Part shown: piece by piece, positions 25,341 through 34,081 of the stretch
Layout: each line of letters opens with the position of its first letter
Numbering within the stretch: position 1 is the first letter of the stretch
Assembly: GCA_937937315.1 (NCBI GenBank)
Contig: CALDCK010000210.1
Coordinates: 1-52,479, forward strand
Source: an uncultured bacterium
Lineage (GTDB): Bacteria > Myxococcota_A > UBA9160 > SMWR01
Length of the DNA: 52,479 nucleotides
Reading direction: 5' to 3'
The notes under the pieces: generated by a model
Told to the model about the DNA's origin: nothing
The model's database searches: none
The model's input: only the letters and a program-made list of their open reading frames with translations
Program-made: the position numbers and the translations under genes

Positions 25341-26468
25341 CTATCGCTCGAGCGCCGTGATCTCGGTGCGCCGGTTGCCAGCGCGACCTTCTTCACTCTC
25401 GTTCGTGTAGGCCGGAGCCTCTTCACCGAAGCCCTTCGCCGTGAGGCGGCTGGCGTCGATGCCGTTGCTCGTGAGGTAGCTCTTCACGGCCATCGCGCGC
25501 CGCTCCGAGAGGCCCTGGTTGTACTCTTCGGCACCGATCGAGTCGGTGTGCCCATCGATGCGCACGCGCATCGTCGGGTTCTCCCGCAGGACCCGCACCA
25601 TCTCGGCGAGCCGATCGTAGTAGCTGGGCTTGATCTCGTCCTTGTCGAAGGCGAAGCGAAGGCCCGGAACCACCCAGCAACCGCGACCGTCGGGGGTCAC
25701 CCCGTTCGGCGTACCCGGGCACTGATCGCGATCGTTGGGAATGCCGTCGCCATCCGTATCCGGACCGGGCAGCGCGATGTCACGCGCCGCCTCGCCGAGG
25801 AAGATCTCCCGCTGGAAGTTCTGGAGACCGGCCACGTTCTGGATGCCAACCGAGGCACGAGTGCTGCCGCAGCTGGTGGCCTCGGAGAGCCGCTTCAGGA
25901 ACGCGGCACCCTGCGGGTCGTCGCCCACCTGGACCGTGTGGAAGCAGAGCTCGCCGACCCAGCCTTCCCGCAGCGTCTTCGCAGCCGCGAGCACCGCCTC
26001 CTCGTCGAGGTCGCGTCCGACCGGGTCGGTCGGGCGTCCGTCACTGAAGACGATGACGAGTCCGCGGCCGAAGGTGTCCTCGGTCACGGGCTTGAGCTCG
26101 GCGAGAACGCGGTCGAGGGGCGTTCCCTCGCCCAGGTGCATGAGGTTGTCCGCACCCTCACGCAGATGGGCCCGGTCGAAGGGCCGAAGGTCTTCGGTCT
26201 GGCGCTTGTAGCCACCGAAGGAGATCGCGGCGACCTCGTAGCTGCCCTCGGGCATTCCCTGGACGAAGGACTGAGTCAGAGCCTTCACGCCCGGGAACTG
26301 CTCGGTGACAGATGCCGAGGCGTCGACCACGACATAGAGGTGGCTCACGTTGACCCGCTGGTCCGGGCCAGGTGCGATCGGGCTGACGTTCATCGGTGCC
26401 ACAGTCTTGGGAGCGGCACAGGCCAGCCCCCCCAGCAAACAGAAAGTAATCGCTACGCGGCGAAGCAT
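25341..26468 (-). CDS. Lipoprotein with VWA-like, thrombospondin type-3 and OmpA C-terminal domains
   Basis: Track ORF 25341..27029. ATG 26468 has GAGGAGG upstream. The lipobox is LLGGLAC. It also has DTDGDGIPNDRDQCP and the OmpA motifs IDGHTDSIGAEEYNQGLSERRA and NRRTEI. Confidence 0.85.
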   Translation of the reverse strand: MLRRVAITFCLLGGLACAAPKTVAPMNVSPIAPGPDQRVNVSHLYVVVDASASVTEQFPGVKALTQSFVQGMPEGSYEVAAISFGGYKRQTEDLRPFDRAHLREGADNLMHLGEGTPLDRVLAELKPVTEDTFGRGLVIVFSDGRPTDPVGRDLDEEAVLAAAKTLREGWVGELCFHTVQVGDDPQGAAFLKRLSEATSCGSTRASVGIQNVAGLQNFQREIFLGEAARDIALPGPDTDGDGIPNDRDQCPGTPNGVTPDGRGCWVVPGLRFAFDKDEIKPSYYDRLAEMVRVLRENPTMRVRIDGHTDSIGAEEYNQGLSERRAMAVKSYLTSNGIDASRLTAKGFGEEAPAYTNESEEGRAGNRRTEITALER

Positions 26469-26780
26469 TGTGTTCCTCCTCGGACCGACAGCGCGCGCTG
26501 AATCAGGTCTCGAACCCGCTTGGTTGAATCGACGTTTTGCCCGGGTCCACCCCGGGGCACGTCTGCGCGCTGCAAGCCAACGTTCTGGATCGCCCATGCT
26601 AACAGGCGTCCGGGTCGGTTTATAGAGATGTGTTGAAATTACAACGCCATGGGACACGACTTTTGCCGGCAAGGGAGCCGCAGGAAGTGCGCACCGGGGT
26701 GCCCCAAGAGACCTCGGAACTATAGCAATCAGCAGGTGCGCAGGGCGACCGACCCGCAGGCCCGGATCCGCGCCCCGCTG

Positions 26781-26819
26781 CGTGGCGGGGGTCGATCCCC
26801 GGGCCCGCACCCCGCCACG
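26781..26819 (-). terminator. 10-bp perfect GC stem hairpin 33 nt downstream of the cysteine synthase stop
   Basis: CGTGGCGGGG - 19-nt loop - CCCCGCCACG; coordinates were checked against the codons of shadow ORF 26782. Confidence 0.5.
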
Positions 26820-26851
26820 AGGCATTCTGCCGCACGCCCGGATGCCGTGGC

Positions 26852-27853
26852 CTAGAGCCAGCTCGGGGCGGGGAGCCCCTTCTCCCGAAGGAAGACGGGG
26901 TCGAAGAGCTTCGACTGATAGCGCGTGCCGTAGTCGCAGAGCACGGTCACGATCGTGTGTCCCGGACCCATGTCCCGGGCCATGCGGATCGCGCCGGCCA
27001 CGTTGATCCCGCTGGATCCGCCGAGGCACAGCCCCTCTTCCGAGAGCAGGTCGAAGATGATGGGCAGCATCTCGGCGTCGGGAATCGCGTAGGCGTCGTC
27101 CACCGGCGCGCCGTCGATGTTCCCGGTGATACGCCCCTGGCCGATACCCTCGGTGATGGAGCTCCCCTCGGTGCCCTTCACCTCACCGTGCTTGAACCAG
27201 TTGTACATGACGGCGCCGAGGGGATCGGCGGCCGCGATCCGCACCTCCGGGTTGCGGTCCTTGAGGAAGGTGGCGACGCCGCGGAGGGTTCCTCCGGTTC
27301 CGATGGCACAGGTGAATCCATCCACGGTTCCGTCGGTCTGCTCCCAGATCTCGGGACCCGTCGAGCGCACGTGGCCCTCCCAGTTCGACGGGTTGTCCCA
27401 CTGATTGGCGTAGAGGACGCCATTCGGCTCCGTCTCCGCCAGCTCCTTCGCGAGGCGCTCTGCGACGTGGACGTAGTTGTTCGGGTTCTTGAAGGGGAGA
27501 GCCGGCACCTCGCGAAGCTCGGCGCCACAGAGCCGCAGCATCTCCTTCTTCTCCCGGCTCTGGGTCTCCGGGATCACGATCACGGTGCGGTAGCCCCGCG
27601 CGTTCCCCACCAGGGCGAGCCCGATCCCGGTATTTCCCGCCGTGCCCTCGACGACGACGCCACCCGGCTTCAGGTCGCCCCGCTCCTCGGCGTCGAGGAT
27701 GATGTACTTCGCCGCGCGGTCCTTCACCGAGCCCCCGGGGTTGAGGAACTCGGCCTTCCCGAGAATGGTGCAGCCGGTCTCTTCCGAGGCCCGGCGCAGC
27801 TTGATGAGGGGGGTATTGCCGACGGTGTCGGTGAAGCCGTCTCGAATGTCCAC
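26852..27853 (-). CDS. cysK: PLP-dependent cysteine synthase / CBS-family enzyme
   Basis: GNTPLIKL, the PLP lysine in NPGGSVKDR, and TAGNTGIGLA and GTGGT. The GTG start has GGAGGA upstream. Confidence 0.85.
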   Translation of the reverse strand: MDIRDGFTDTVGNTPLIKLRRASEETGCTILGKAEFLNPGGSVKDRAAKYIILDAEERGDLKPGGVVVEGTAGNTGIGLALVGNARGYRTVIVIPETQSREKKEMLRLCGAELREVPALPFKNPNNYVHVAERLAKELAETEPNGVLYANQWDNPSNWEGHVRSTGPEIWEQTDGTVDGFTCAIGTGGTLRGVATFLKDRNPEVRIAAADPLGAVMYNWFKHGEVKGTEGSSITEGIGQGRITGNIDGAPVDDAYAIPDAEMLPIIFDLLSEEGLCLGGSSGINVAGAIRMARDMGPGHTIVTVLCDYGTRYQSKLFDPVFLREKGLPAPSWL

Positions 27854-27916
27854 GGAAATCCTCCGGATCGGGCCCTCGGGAGCGGCCAGTCTAGAACAGC
27901 GGTTTGCGCGCGCCGA

Positions 27917-28507
27917 TCACGCCCCCGCGGCGCGCTCGAGCAGTGCTCGCTCCCCCTCGCCCAGGGGCAGCGACCGGGCGTGGGACACCGCGCCCTCGCT
28001 CATCTTCGCCAGGGTCTTCCGGATCACACCGAGCAGCTTGTCTTCGTCGAGGCGCCCGGCGAGGTCGGCGAGCTGGGTCTCCAGGAAGACCAGGCAGAGT
28101 GCGTCCTCCAGCACCTGCGCCTCGGGATCGCTGCCCAGACCCTGCTTGCGCACCAGGGCGGCGACGCGCTCGATCTCCTCGGCGCCGTAGCCCTCGCCCG
28201 CGAGGATCTCCGAGGCGATGTGTGCGTGGTGATCCTGGAGCACGCGACGCCAGCGATGATAGCCGGCGCGGCCCGAGGGCTCGGTGTCGCGTGGGATCTC
28301 CCAGCGACGCACGTGATGGGCGCGGGCGGCCAGCAGCAGCGCGTCTCCGGGCGCCGCGCTGAGCGCACGCACCCACCCGGTTGCAAGCTCCGCGTGGGCG
28401 AGTTCCTTCGGCCGCAGCTCACCGCGGACGCGCAGCATATTCGGGTCGTCAGCGTTCGCGGCGTCGATGGCGTCAAGCGCGCGCGTGAGGCGATCCGCCG
28501 CCGCCAA
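27917..28507 (-). CDS. DUF4202-like protein
   Basis: 196 aa. AHHVRRWEIPRDTEPSGRAGYHRWRRVLQDHHA resembles my recollection of the DUF4202 core. TTG start. Confidence 0.5.
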   Translation of the reverse strand: MAAADRLTRALDAIDAANADDPNMLRVRGELRPKELAHAELATGWVRALSAAPGDALLLAARAHHVRRWEIPRDTEPSGRAGYHRWRRVLQDHHAHIASEILAGEGYGAEEIERVAALVRKQGLGSDPEAQVLEDALCLVFLETQLADLAGRLDEDKLLGVIRKTLAKMSEGAVSHARSLPLGEGERALLERAAGA

Positions 28508-28517
28508 CCCGGAGGCC

Positions 28518-28853
28518 TCAGTAGCGGGTCAGGCTCGGATCGATCCGATCGATCCAGGCCAGGATCCCGCCCTGCACGTTCCAGGCATTGGAGAAGCCGG
28601 CGCCGCGAAGGACCTCCACGGCCTTCGCGCTGCGGCCGCCGGACTTGCAGTGCACCACGACGTGGGCGGCGGCGTCGAGCTCGCCGATCCGGTCGGCCAG
28701 CTCGCCGAGGGGGATCAGGCGACCCTCCAGATTGCAGACCTCGAACTCGCGCGTCTCACGCACGTCCAGAAGGACGAACTCGGCCCCTTCGTCACGCAGC
28801 GCCTTCAGGGCCTCGACCGTCATGTCCCACTCGCTCTGGGGCGATGCACTCAT
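28518..28853 (-). CDS. single-domain rhodanese (sulfurtransferase)
   Basis: 111 aa with the active-site loop HCKSGGRS. ATG 28853 overlaps the upstream stop (ATGA). Confidence 0.8.
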   Translation of the reverse strand: MSASPQSEWDMTVEALKALRDEGAEFVLLDVRETREFEVCNLEGRLIPLGELADRIGELDAAAHVVVHCKSGGRSAKAVEVLRGAGFSNAWNVQGGILAWIDRIDPSLTRY

Positions 28854-29446
28854 CCCGAACCCTCCCCGCCCGTCAGGCGATTCGCCAGGTCGGCGGCCGA
28901 TTCGCGCTCCTGGCCGGTGGCCCGGAGCGCCAGGCACTTGCGCGAGTCCTCGGCGTGGGCCCGCGCCACCTCGACCTTCTCGCCGTAGAGCGCGGCCAGA
29001 ACCGGGGCCACCTCGTCGGCCAGGGCCGCGTAGGCGCCCTCGTCGTTCGGGGCCGCCAGACGGTCGACCACCTGGATCACGACCGCGCGCGGATCGAAGC
29101 AAAGCCCGGTGGAGCCGTCGCTCTCGATCGCATCGATCGCGCGCAGCCCCCGCTGCAGGGTGTCTCGCAGCGCATCGGTGAGGGACGCCCCATCGAGGCG
29201 CTTGCGCGTGGTGAGCAGACCCGCCCGCCCCCCGCCGAGATCGAGGCCGTAGTCCACGTCGTGTCCGACCAACAGCACACCCGGGCCCTCGGGCACGTGG
29301 GTGTAGTCGGCAACGTCGATCAGGAGACCCGGAAGTACGGCCTCCTGGATGAAGCGGTGGAATAGACCGATGCAGGGATGCAGCTCCACCGGCGCCGTCG
29401 GATCCGGCTCTACGAAGAACTTGCACGCGACTCGTTGGGGATTCAT
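28850..29446 (-). CDS. 198-aa hypothetical protein
   Basis: Tail of track ORF 28850..30217, from ATG 29446 (MNPQRVACKFFVEPDP..). Coding-like, with no motif I recognise. Confidence 0.55.
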   Translation of the reverse strand: MNPQRVACKFFVEPDPTAPVELHPCIGLFHRFIQEAVLPGLLIDVADYTHVPEGPGVLLVGHDVDYGLDLGGGRAGLLTTRKRLDGASLTDALRDTLQRGLRAIDAIESDGSTGLCFDPRAVVIQVVDRLAAPNDEGAYAALADEVAPVLAALYGEKVEVARAHAEDSRKCLALRATGQERESAADLANRLTGGEGSG

Positions 29447-29499
29447 GGCCTCGCGGGGATGCGGCCGGATGGCCGGGGTTCCGAGGGGGACCGCCCGGG

Positions 29500-31797
29500 T
29501 CAGGCGTCCGCCGGGTTCTCGATCGGCACGCCGCCGCCGGCGGCCAGCTCGGCGCTGACCCGAACCTCGCAGGCGTGGGCCGCCTCGATGAACAGCTGTG
29601 CCTCCTCGACACGCGCCGCGGCGTGATCGCGGCCGGCGTCGGCCGGGGGGTCCGCGTGCCGGTCCAGCAGGTACTGGCCGAACTTGCCCCGGGCGAAGCG
29701 GTCGAAGAAGCGCTCGTTGTCGAAGAAGCGCGAGCGGAACTCGGAGACGATGTCGTCCGGATCCTCGGTCACGTCGATGTACTCGGTGCGGACGAGCGCT
29801 CTCGCGGCGGTGAGCATTGCGCGGAAGGCCAGATCCTCCGCAGCCTCGTAGTCGCCGTCGTCCAGCGCCACCTGGGCGTCGAAGGCCTCCGACTCGGCGC
29901 GCACCACCTCGATGCCGAAGAGCGACACGACCTCGCCGGCGCACTCGCCGACGCCGAGGTCCCCGATCGTGAACTCGCGCACGTCGCTCCAGTCCGCGTA
30001 GAAGTCCGGCCCTTCGGCGTAGGGCGGAACGGCCATGAAGGGCTTGATGAGCTCGCGGACGTTGCGCTTGCCCATCCGCTTCACCCACGCAGCGAAGCCC
30101 TCCGCACCCTCGCGCCCGTGGGCGTAGGCGTCGGTGAGGGCGTCGACGGCCTGGGGGATCGCCTTGCTCGGCACCGAGCCCACGGCCATGCCGTAGGAGC
30201 CTGCGTTCTCGGTCCACTGCCCGCCGAGGATCACCTGGAAGTGGGGGACGGTCCGTCCCTCGATCTTCCGGCTGTTCCCGTAGAAGCCGATGTCGGCGAC
30301 GTGGTGCTGGCCGCAGCTGTTGAAGCAGCCCGAGATCTTGATCTTGAGATCGGTCACGGCCTGGGGAAGTGAGGCCGACTTCGCCGCCAGCCGCTGGCGC
30401 AGCTCGGCGCCGAGCCCCCGGCTCGCGGCGATGCCGAGCTTGCAGGTGTCGGTGCCCGGGCAGCTGGTCACGTCCACGATCGTCTCGGCACCGGGCGCCG
30501 CGAGACCGATGGCGTCGAGCCGGCGATGGACCTCGGGCAGGTCCGCGTCCGAGACGAAGCGCAGCACGATGTTCTGCTCGACCGTCGTCCGGATGTTGTC
30601 TCCGCAGTAGGCCCGGGCGAGATCGACCAGAGCGCGGGTCTGATCGGCCGTGATGTCGCCCAGGGGCAGATTCAGGGTGACGACCGAGTAACCCTCCTGG
30701 CGCTGGGGCTTCACGTTCGTGGCGAGCCAGGCGTCGAAGCCCTCCTGCCGATCCCCGGCAACGAGGCTCGCGGCGTCGCGAACCGCATCCCCCCCGGTCC
30801 GGGGCATGTCCTTCAGGAATTCGGTCCAGCGCTCGTCCTTCGGGAGGATCTTCCGCTCCTCCTCCACGAGCCGACGGAACTCCTCGATCCCGATCTTCGC
30901 GACCAGGAACTTGATCCGGGCGCGGCCACGGTTCCTCTTCTCTCCCAGCCGGGCGAACACGCGAGCGACGGCCTGGGTCTGGGGCAGCAGCTCTTCCTCG
31001 GGAGTGAACTCGGAGAGCACCTTCGCCTGGTGGGGAACCGGACCGAGCCCGCCGCCGACCACGACCTTGAAGCCGCGCTTGCCGTCCACGACGCGGGAGA
31101 CGTAGCCGGCGTCGTGCATCTGGACGAGTCCGCAGGCCTCGTGCTCACAGCCGGAGAACGCGGGCTTGAACTTCCGTCCGAAGTCCTGGACGTCCGGGTG
31201 GCCGAGCAGGAAGCGCATCATCGCCTCCGCGTAGGGTGAGATGTCGAAGGCTTCGGTCTTGCACACGCCGGCGAGGGGGCAGGCGGTGATGTTGCGCACC
31301 GAGTTTCCGCAGGCCTCGCGCGTGGTGATGTCCACGGCTGCGAGGCGGCGCATCAGATCCGGCGTGTCGCCGATGTGGATGTAGTGGAGCTGGAAGTCCT
31401 GGCGGGTCGTCACGTGGAGGATCCCGTCGGAGTACTCCTCCGAGAGCGCCGCGAGCACCTCGAGCTGCTCCGGCGAGACGCCGCCGAAGGGGATCTTGAT
31501 GCGCTGCATCCCCGGCGCGTCCCACAATGTGTCCGGTCCCTTGGTCGGACGGTCTTCGAAGGCCAGGGGGCGCTCGGCGGTTCCGTCGTGCCGCTTGCCA
31601 TTGTCGTAGCGCTGGCCGTAGACGCCCCTGCGCAGACGCGTCTCGGCGAAGACCTTCTCGTCGAGCTTGCCCTGGCTCCGCAGCACGGACTGGCTCTCGA
31701 AGTCGTCGATCTCGCTCTCCCAGCCGGAATCCATCTGGCCCGCGAGGGCCTCCTTCCAGGTGGAGGGCGAAGGGGTGGAGGAGGGGGTAGTGGCCAT
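29500..31797 (-). CDS. assimilatory sulfite (nitrite/sulfite family) reductase hemoprotein with a ~200-aa C-terminal extension
   Basis: Track ORF 29500..31887; the ATG is at 31797. The siroheme-[4Fe-4S] cysteines are in TSCPGTDTCK and SGCFNSCGQHH. It has a duplicated NIR_SIR fold pattern. Confidence 0.85.
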   Translation of the reverse strand: MATTPSSTPSPSTWKEALAGQMDSGWESEIDDFESQSVLRSQGKLDEKVFAETRLRRGVYGQRYDNGKRHDGTAERPLAFEDRPTKGPDTLWDAPGMQRIKIPFGGVSPEQLEVLAALSEEYSDGILHVTTRQDFQLHYIHIGDTPDLMRRLAAVDITTREACGNSVRNITACPLAGVCKTEAFDISPYAEAMMRFLLGHPDVQDFGRKFKPAFSGCEHEACGLVQMHDAGYVSRVVDGKRGFKVVVGGGLGPVPHQAKVLSEFTPEEELLPQTQAVARVFARLGEKRNRGRARIKFLVAKIGIEEFRRLVEEERKILPKDERWTEFLKDMPRTGGDAVRDAASLVAGDRQEGFDAWLATNVKPQRQEGYSVVTLNLPLGDITADQTRALVDLARAYCGDNIRTTVEQNIVLRFVSDADLPEVHRRLDAIGLAAPGAETIVDVTSCPGTDTCKLGIAASRGLGAELRQRLAAKSASLPQAVTDLKIKISGCFNSCGQHHVADIGFYGNSRKIEGRTVPHFQVILGGQWTENAGSYGMAVGSVPSKAIPQAVDALTDAYAHGREGAEGFAAWVKRMGKRNVRELIKPFMAVPPYAEGPDFYADWSDVREFTIGDLGVGECAGEVVSLFGIEVVRAESEAFDAQVALDDGDYEAAEDLAFRAMLTAARALVRTEYIDVTEDPDDIVSEFRSRFFDNERFFDRFARGKFGQYLLDRHADPPADAGRDHAAARVEEAQLFIEAAHACEVRVSAELAAGGGVPIENPADA

Positions 31798-31915
31798 GAA
31801 CTGGGGCTCCCGGCTGGCGCGATCGGCGCCCTGGATCATCCGCGATCCCAGTCTAGGCGATCGGGCGGGGCACTCGTCGCCGGCCAATCTACCCCGCCGG
31901 CTGACGAATCACAAC

Positions 31916-32015
31916 CAATTCACGACTCATTCATCGTAGATTATAGATTCAAAGATCTGCCCATATTCCGGGTAGATCAGCTCTCTACTCGGACGATGCT
32001 CCGCAATTCACGACT
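31916..32015. promoter_or_regulatory. Two perfect 12-bp direct repeats CAATTCACGACT (31916-31927 and 32004-32015) in the AT-richer divergent promoter region upstream of the sulfite reductase operon
   Basis: Read directly. The centre-to-centre spacing is 88 bp. Coordinates were cross-checked with the codons of shadow ORFs 31667 and 32019. Confidence 0.6.
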
Positions 32016-32098
32016 GTATTGATAAGGAATAAGAGAGCGCGCCGGACAGTCGGTGGATGGCCCCGGCGGGCCAACCGGCCCCGTGATAGCGTCCGCGC

Positions 32099-32611
32099 GT
32101 GCCGCTGCCGCGCCCCGCTGCGTACCTCCTCCTGGTCTCGGCCCTCGGCTGCGCGGCGCCGTCCCTCCCCGGCTGGCTGGGAGGCGCCGGCGGCAAGCCG
32201 GTCCTCGGGCCGGTGGAGATCTTCCACATCGAGGACGTCGAGCTCGACTTCGCCGGCCGCATCGACACCGGGGCCGAGGCGAGCGCCATCCACGCCACGG
32301 ACCTCGAGCTCGACACCCCCGTCGAGATCGAGGCGGCAGCCGGCCGAATCGTCGCATTCACCCTGGAGAACGAGACCGGTCAGCGCCGGCGACTCTCCAG
32401 GGTCGTGGCGGACGCGGTGCAGGTCCGAACGGCTCGCGGGACCGAGACCCGCCTGCGGGTGCCCCTCCACGTGTCCCACCGCGGCATCCGGAAATCGATC
32501 CTGGTGAGCCTTCGAGATCGCGAGGCGATGACCTACAAGCTGCTCATCGGTCGGGACTGGCTCGGCGACGACTTCCTGATCGACGTCTCGCGCGAGGCGC
32601 CGTCGCACTGA
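32099..32611 (+). CDS. Retropepsin-like / putative ATP-dependent zinc protease family (RimK-associated type) lipoprotein
   Basis: The lipobox is LLVSALGC. Other motifs are RIDTGAEASAIHA and YKLLIGRDWL. GTG start. Confidence 0.5.
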   Translation: MPLPRPAAYLLLVSALGCAAPSLPGWLGGAGGKPVLGPVEIFHIEDVELDFAGRIDTGAEASAIHATDLELDTPVEIEAAAGRIVAFTLENETGQRRRLSRVVADAVQVRTARGTETRLRVPLHVSHRGIRKSILVSLRDREAMTYKLLIGRDWLGDDFLIDVSREAPSH

Positions 32612-32618
32612 TCCGAGC

Positions 32619-33170
32619 CTAGACGGACGAGCCCCCAGCCCTGCGACTCGTGCGCAGGCGATCCGCCATCGACAACAGCGTCGTTCCCACCAGCGCCCAG
32701 CCGAGGGCCGAGACAGGGCCCGGGCCAGGCCAGTCGAGACCCAGGGCGTCGCGGGTGACCGGCACGGCGATGACCGCGTAGTAGGCGACGCCGTTCCAGC
32801 GACCCAGGGCACTGCCCCGCAGCGGCCGCGCAGCGCCCACTCGCGAATCGATCGCGTACTGGGTGAACGCCAGGGCGATCAGGACGGGGAGGAGTGCAGG
32901 CAACACGCCGACGAGCGCGAGGGCGGCGCACCCGGTCGTGACGAAGGCCGCATCCACCGCGTGGTCCATGAAGCCACCGAGAGGGGTCGCCTCGCCGTAG
33001 CGGCGCGCCACCCAGCCGTCGGCGAAGTCGGTGGCAACGGCGAAGGCGAAGAGCGCCAGGGCCAGCGCCATCTCGCCCGAGCAGATCGCTGCCGCCAACG
33101 CCGGCGCTGCAAGGAAGCGCAGCGCCGTGAGCACATTGGCGCGGGTCTGCCAGGACGAGACCGCCGACAT
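32619..33170 (-). CDS. CDP-alcohol phosphatidyltransferase family protein
   Basis: The signature D(x)2DG(x)2AR..G(x)3D(x)3D appears as TDFADGWVARRYGEATPLGGFMDHAVD. The protein has multiple TM helices. Confidence 0.85.
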   Translation of the reverse strand: MSAVSSWQTRANVLTALRFLAAPALAAAICSGEMALALALFAFAVATDFADGWVARRYGEATPLGGFMDHAVDAAFVTTGCAALALVGVLPALLPVLIALAFTQYAIDSRVGAARPLRGSALGRWNGVAYYAVIAVPVTRDALGLDWPGPGPVSALGWALVGTTLLSMADRLRTSRRAGGSSV

Positions 33171-33281
33171 CGGCCATCAACTCTACCACCGGCGCCCGAC
33201 GCCCTCGGAGCCGAATCGCGCTCGACGCTCCGGACCCGGTCGCTACCCTCCGCACGTCCAGAGAGGAGCGCGGAGCAGCCA

Positions 33282-33662
33282 TTGCGGGGGATAGAACGTC
33301 GGGCCGCGGCCCGGACGACATGGTGGCTCGCTGCGGTGATGGTCGGCGCACTCGCCTGCTCCGACGCCGATGACGGCGCGGGCGATCGCGACCCCCTCGC
33401 CGTCCGGGGCGAGCGGGTCTACCTGAACGTGTGCGTCGCCTGCCACCACGGCGATCCCGCCGAGGTGGGCAGCGTGGGGCCGGCCATCGCGGGCTCGTCG
33501 AGAGAGCTCCTCGAGGCGAAGGTCGTGCGCGGCGAGTACCCGCCGGGCTACACCCCGAAGCGCGAGACTGCCGCCATGCCGCCCCAGGCCTACCTCGCGG
33601 ATCAGATCGACGCCCTCGAGGCCTACCTCGCCGAGGCGGCCGAAACCGACGCGACGCCCTAG
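33282..33662 (+). CDS. small c-type cytochrome, probable lipoprotein
   Basis: Frame of track ORF 32961..33662. TTG 33282 gives the signal MRGIERRAAARTTWWLAAVMVGALAC. The haem site is CVACHH. The start is uncertain. Confidence 0.6.
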   Translation: MRGIERRAAARTTWWLAAVMVGALACSDADDGAGDRDPLAVRGERVYLNVCVACHHGDPAEVGSVGPAIAGSSRELLEAKVVRGEYPPGYTPKRETAAMPPQAYLADQIDALEAYLAEAAETDATP

Positions 33663-33695
33663 GCGCGAGCTCGCCGCGCTACCAGACGGCGAGCC

Positions 33696-34073
33696 CTAGG
33701 CCCCCGCGTCCCACTCCACGCGGTCGGGGTAGAAGGCGACGTAGTCCGCGAGCTCCGCGACCTGGTGGAACGGCGCCTCGTAGCCCCAGACGGCGTTCTC
33801 CTCGGCCCGGTCCCCCACCCGAATCGTCCAGTAGGAGGCCTCGCCCTTGAAGGGACAGAAGGTCTCGCGGTCGGTCTTCTCGAGCCACTCGAAGCGGACG
33901 TCCCGCCTGGGGAAGTAGACGACGGGATCGTGCTTCGTCTCGCACACGACCGCCGTGTCCTCGCTCTCGGCGATGATCTCCCCGTTGAAGCGGATGCACA
34001 CCCGCCCCGCGCCCGGCTCCAGGTCGACCCGGTAGTCGGGAAAGCGATGGTAGAGCGACTCCCGCTTCGCCAC
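33696..34073 (-). CDS. DUF427 domain protein
   Basis: 125 aa, GTG start. VVYFPRRDV..TFCPFKGEASYW..AVWGYEAP..YVAFYPDRV matches the DUF427 pattern. Confidence 0.75.
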   Translation of the reverse strand: MAKRESLYHRFPDYRVDLEPGAGRVCIRFNGEIIAESEDTAVVCETKHDPVVYFPRRDVRFEWLEKTDRETFCPFKGEASYWTIRVGDRAEENAVWGYEAPFHQVAELADYVAFYPDRVEWDAGA

Positions 34074-34081
34074 GCCCGGTC

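Noticed and set aside
26506-26517. GGGTTCGAGACC on the minus strand, resembling a tRNA T-loop
   Set aside because: The flanking bases cannot form a 5-bp T-stem, and no acceptor or anticodon arms can be drawn. It lies inside the lipoprotein leader.
26635-26649. Sigma-54-like TGGCGTTGTAATTTC on the minus strand
   Set aside because: There is no GC dinucleotide at the -12 position and the spacing is wrong. It is more likely just an AT-rich promoter region.
29500-30100. The C-terminal ~200-aa extension of the sulfite reductase as a novel fusion
   Set aside because: I recall long (about 750-800 aa) sulfite reductases with such helical tails in several phyla. Without a search I cannot claim novelty.
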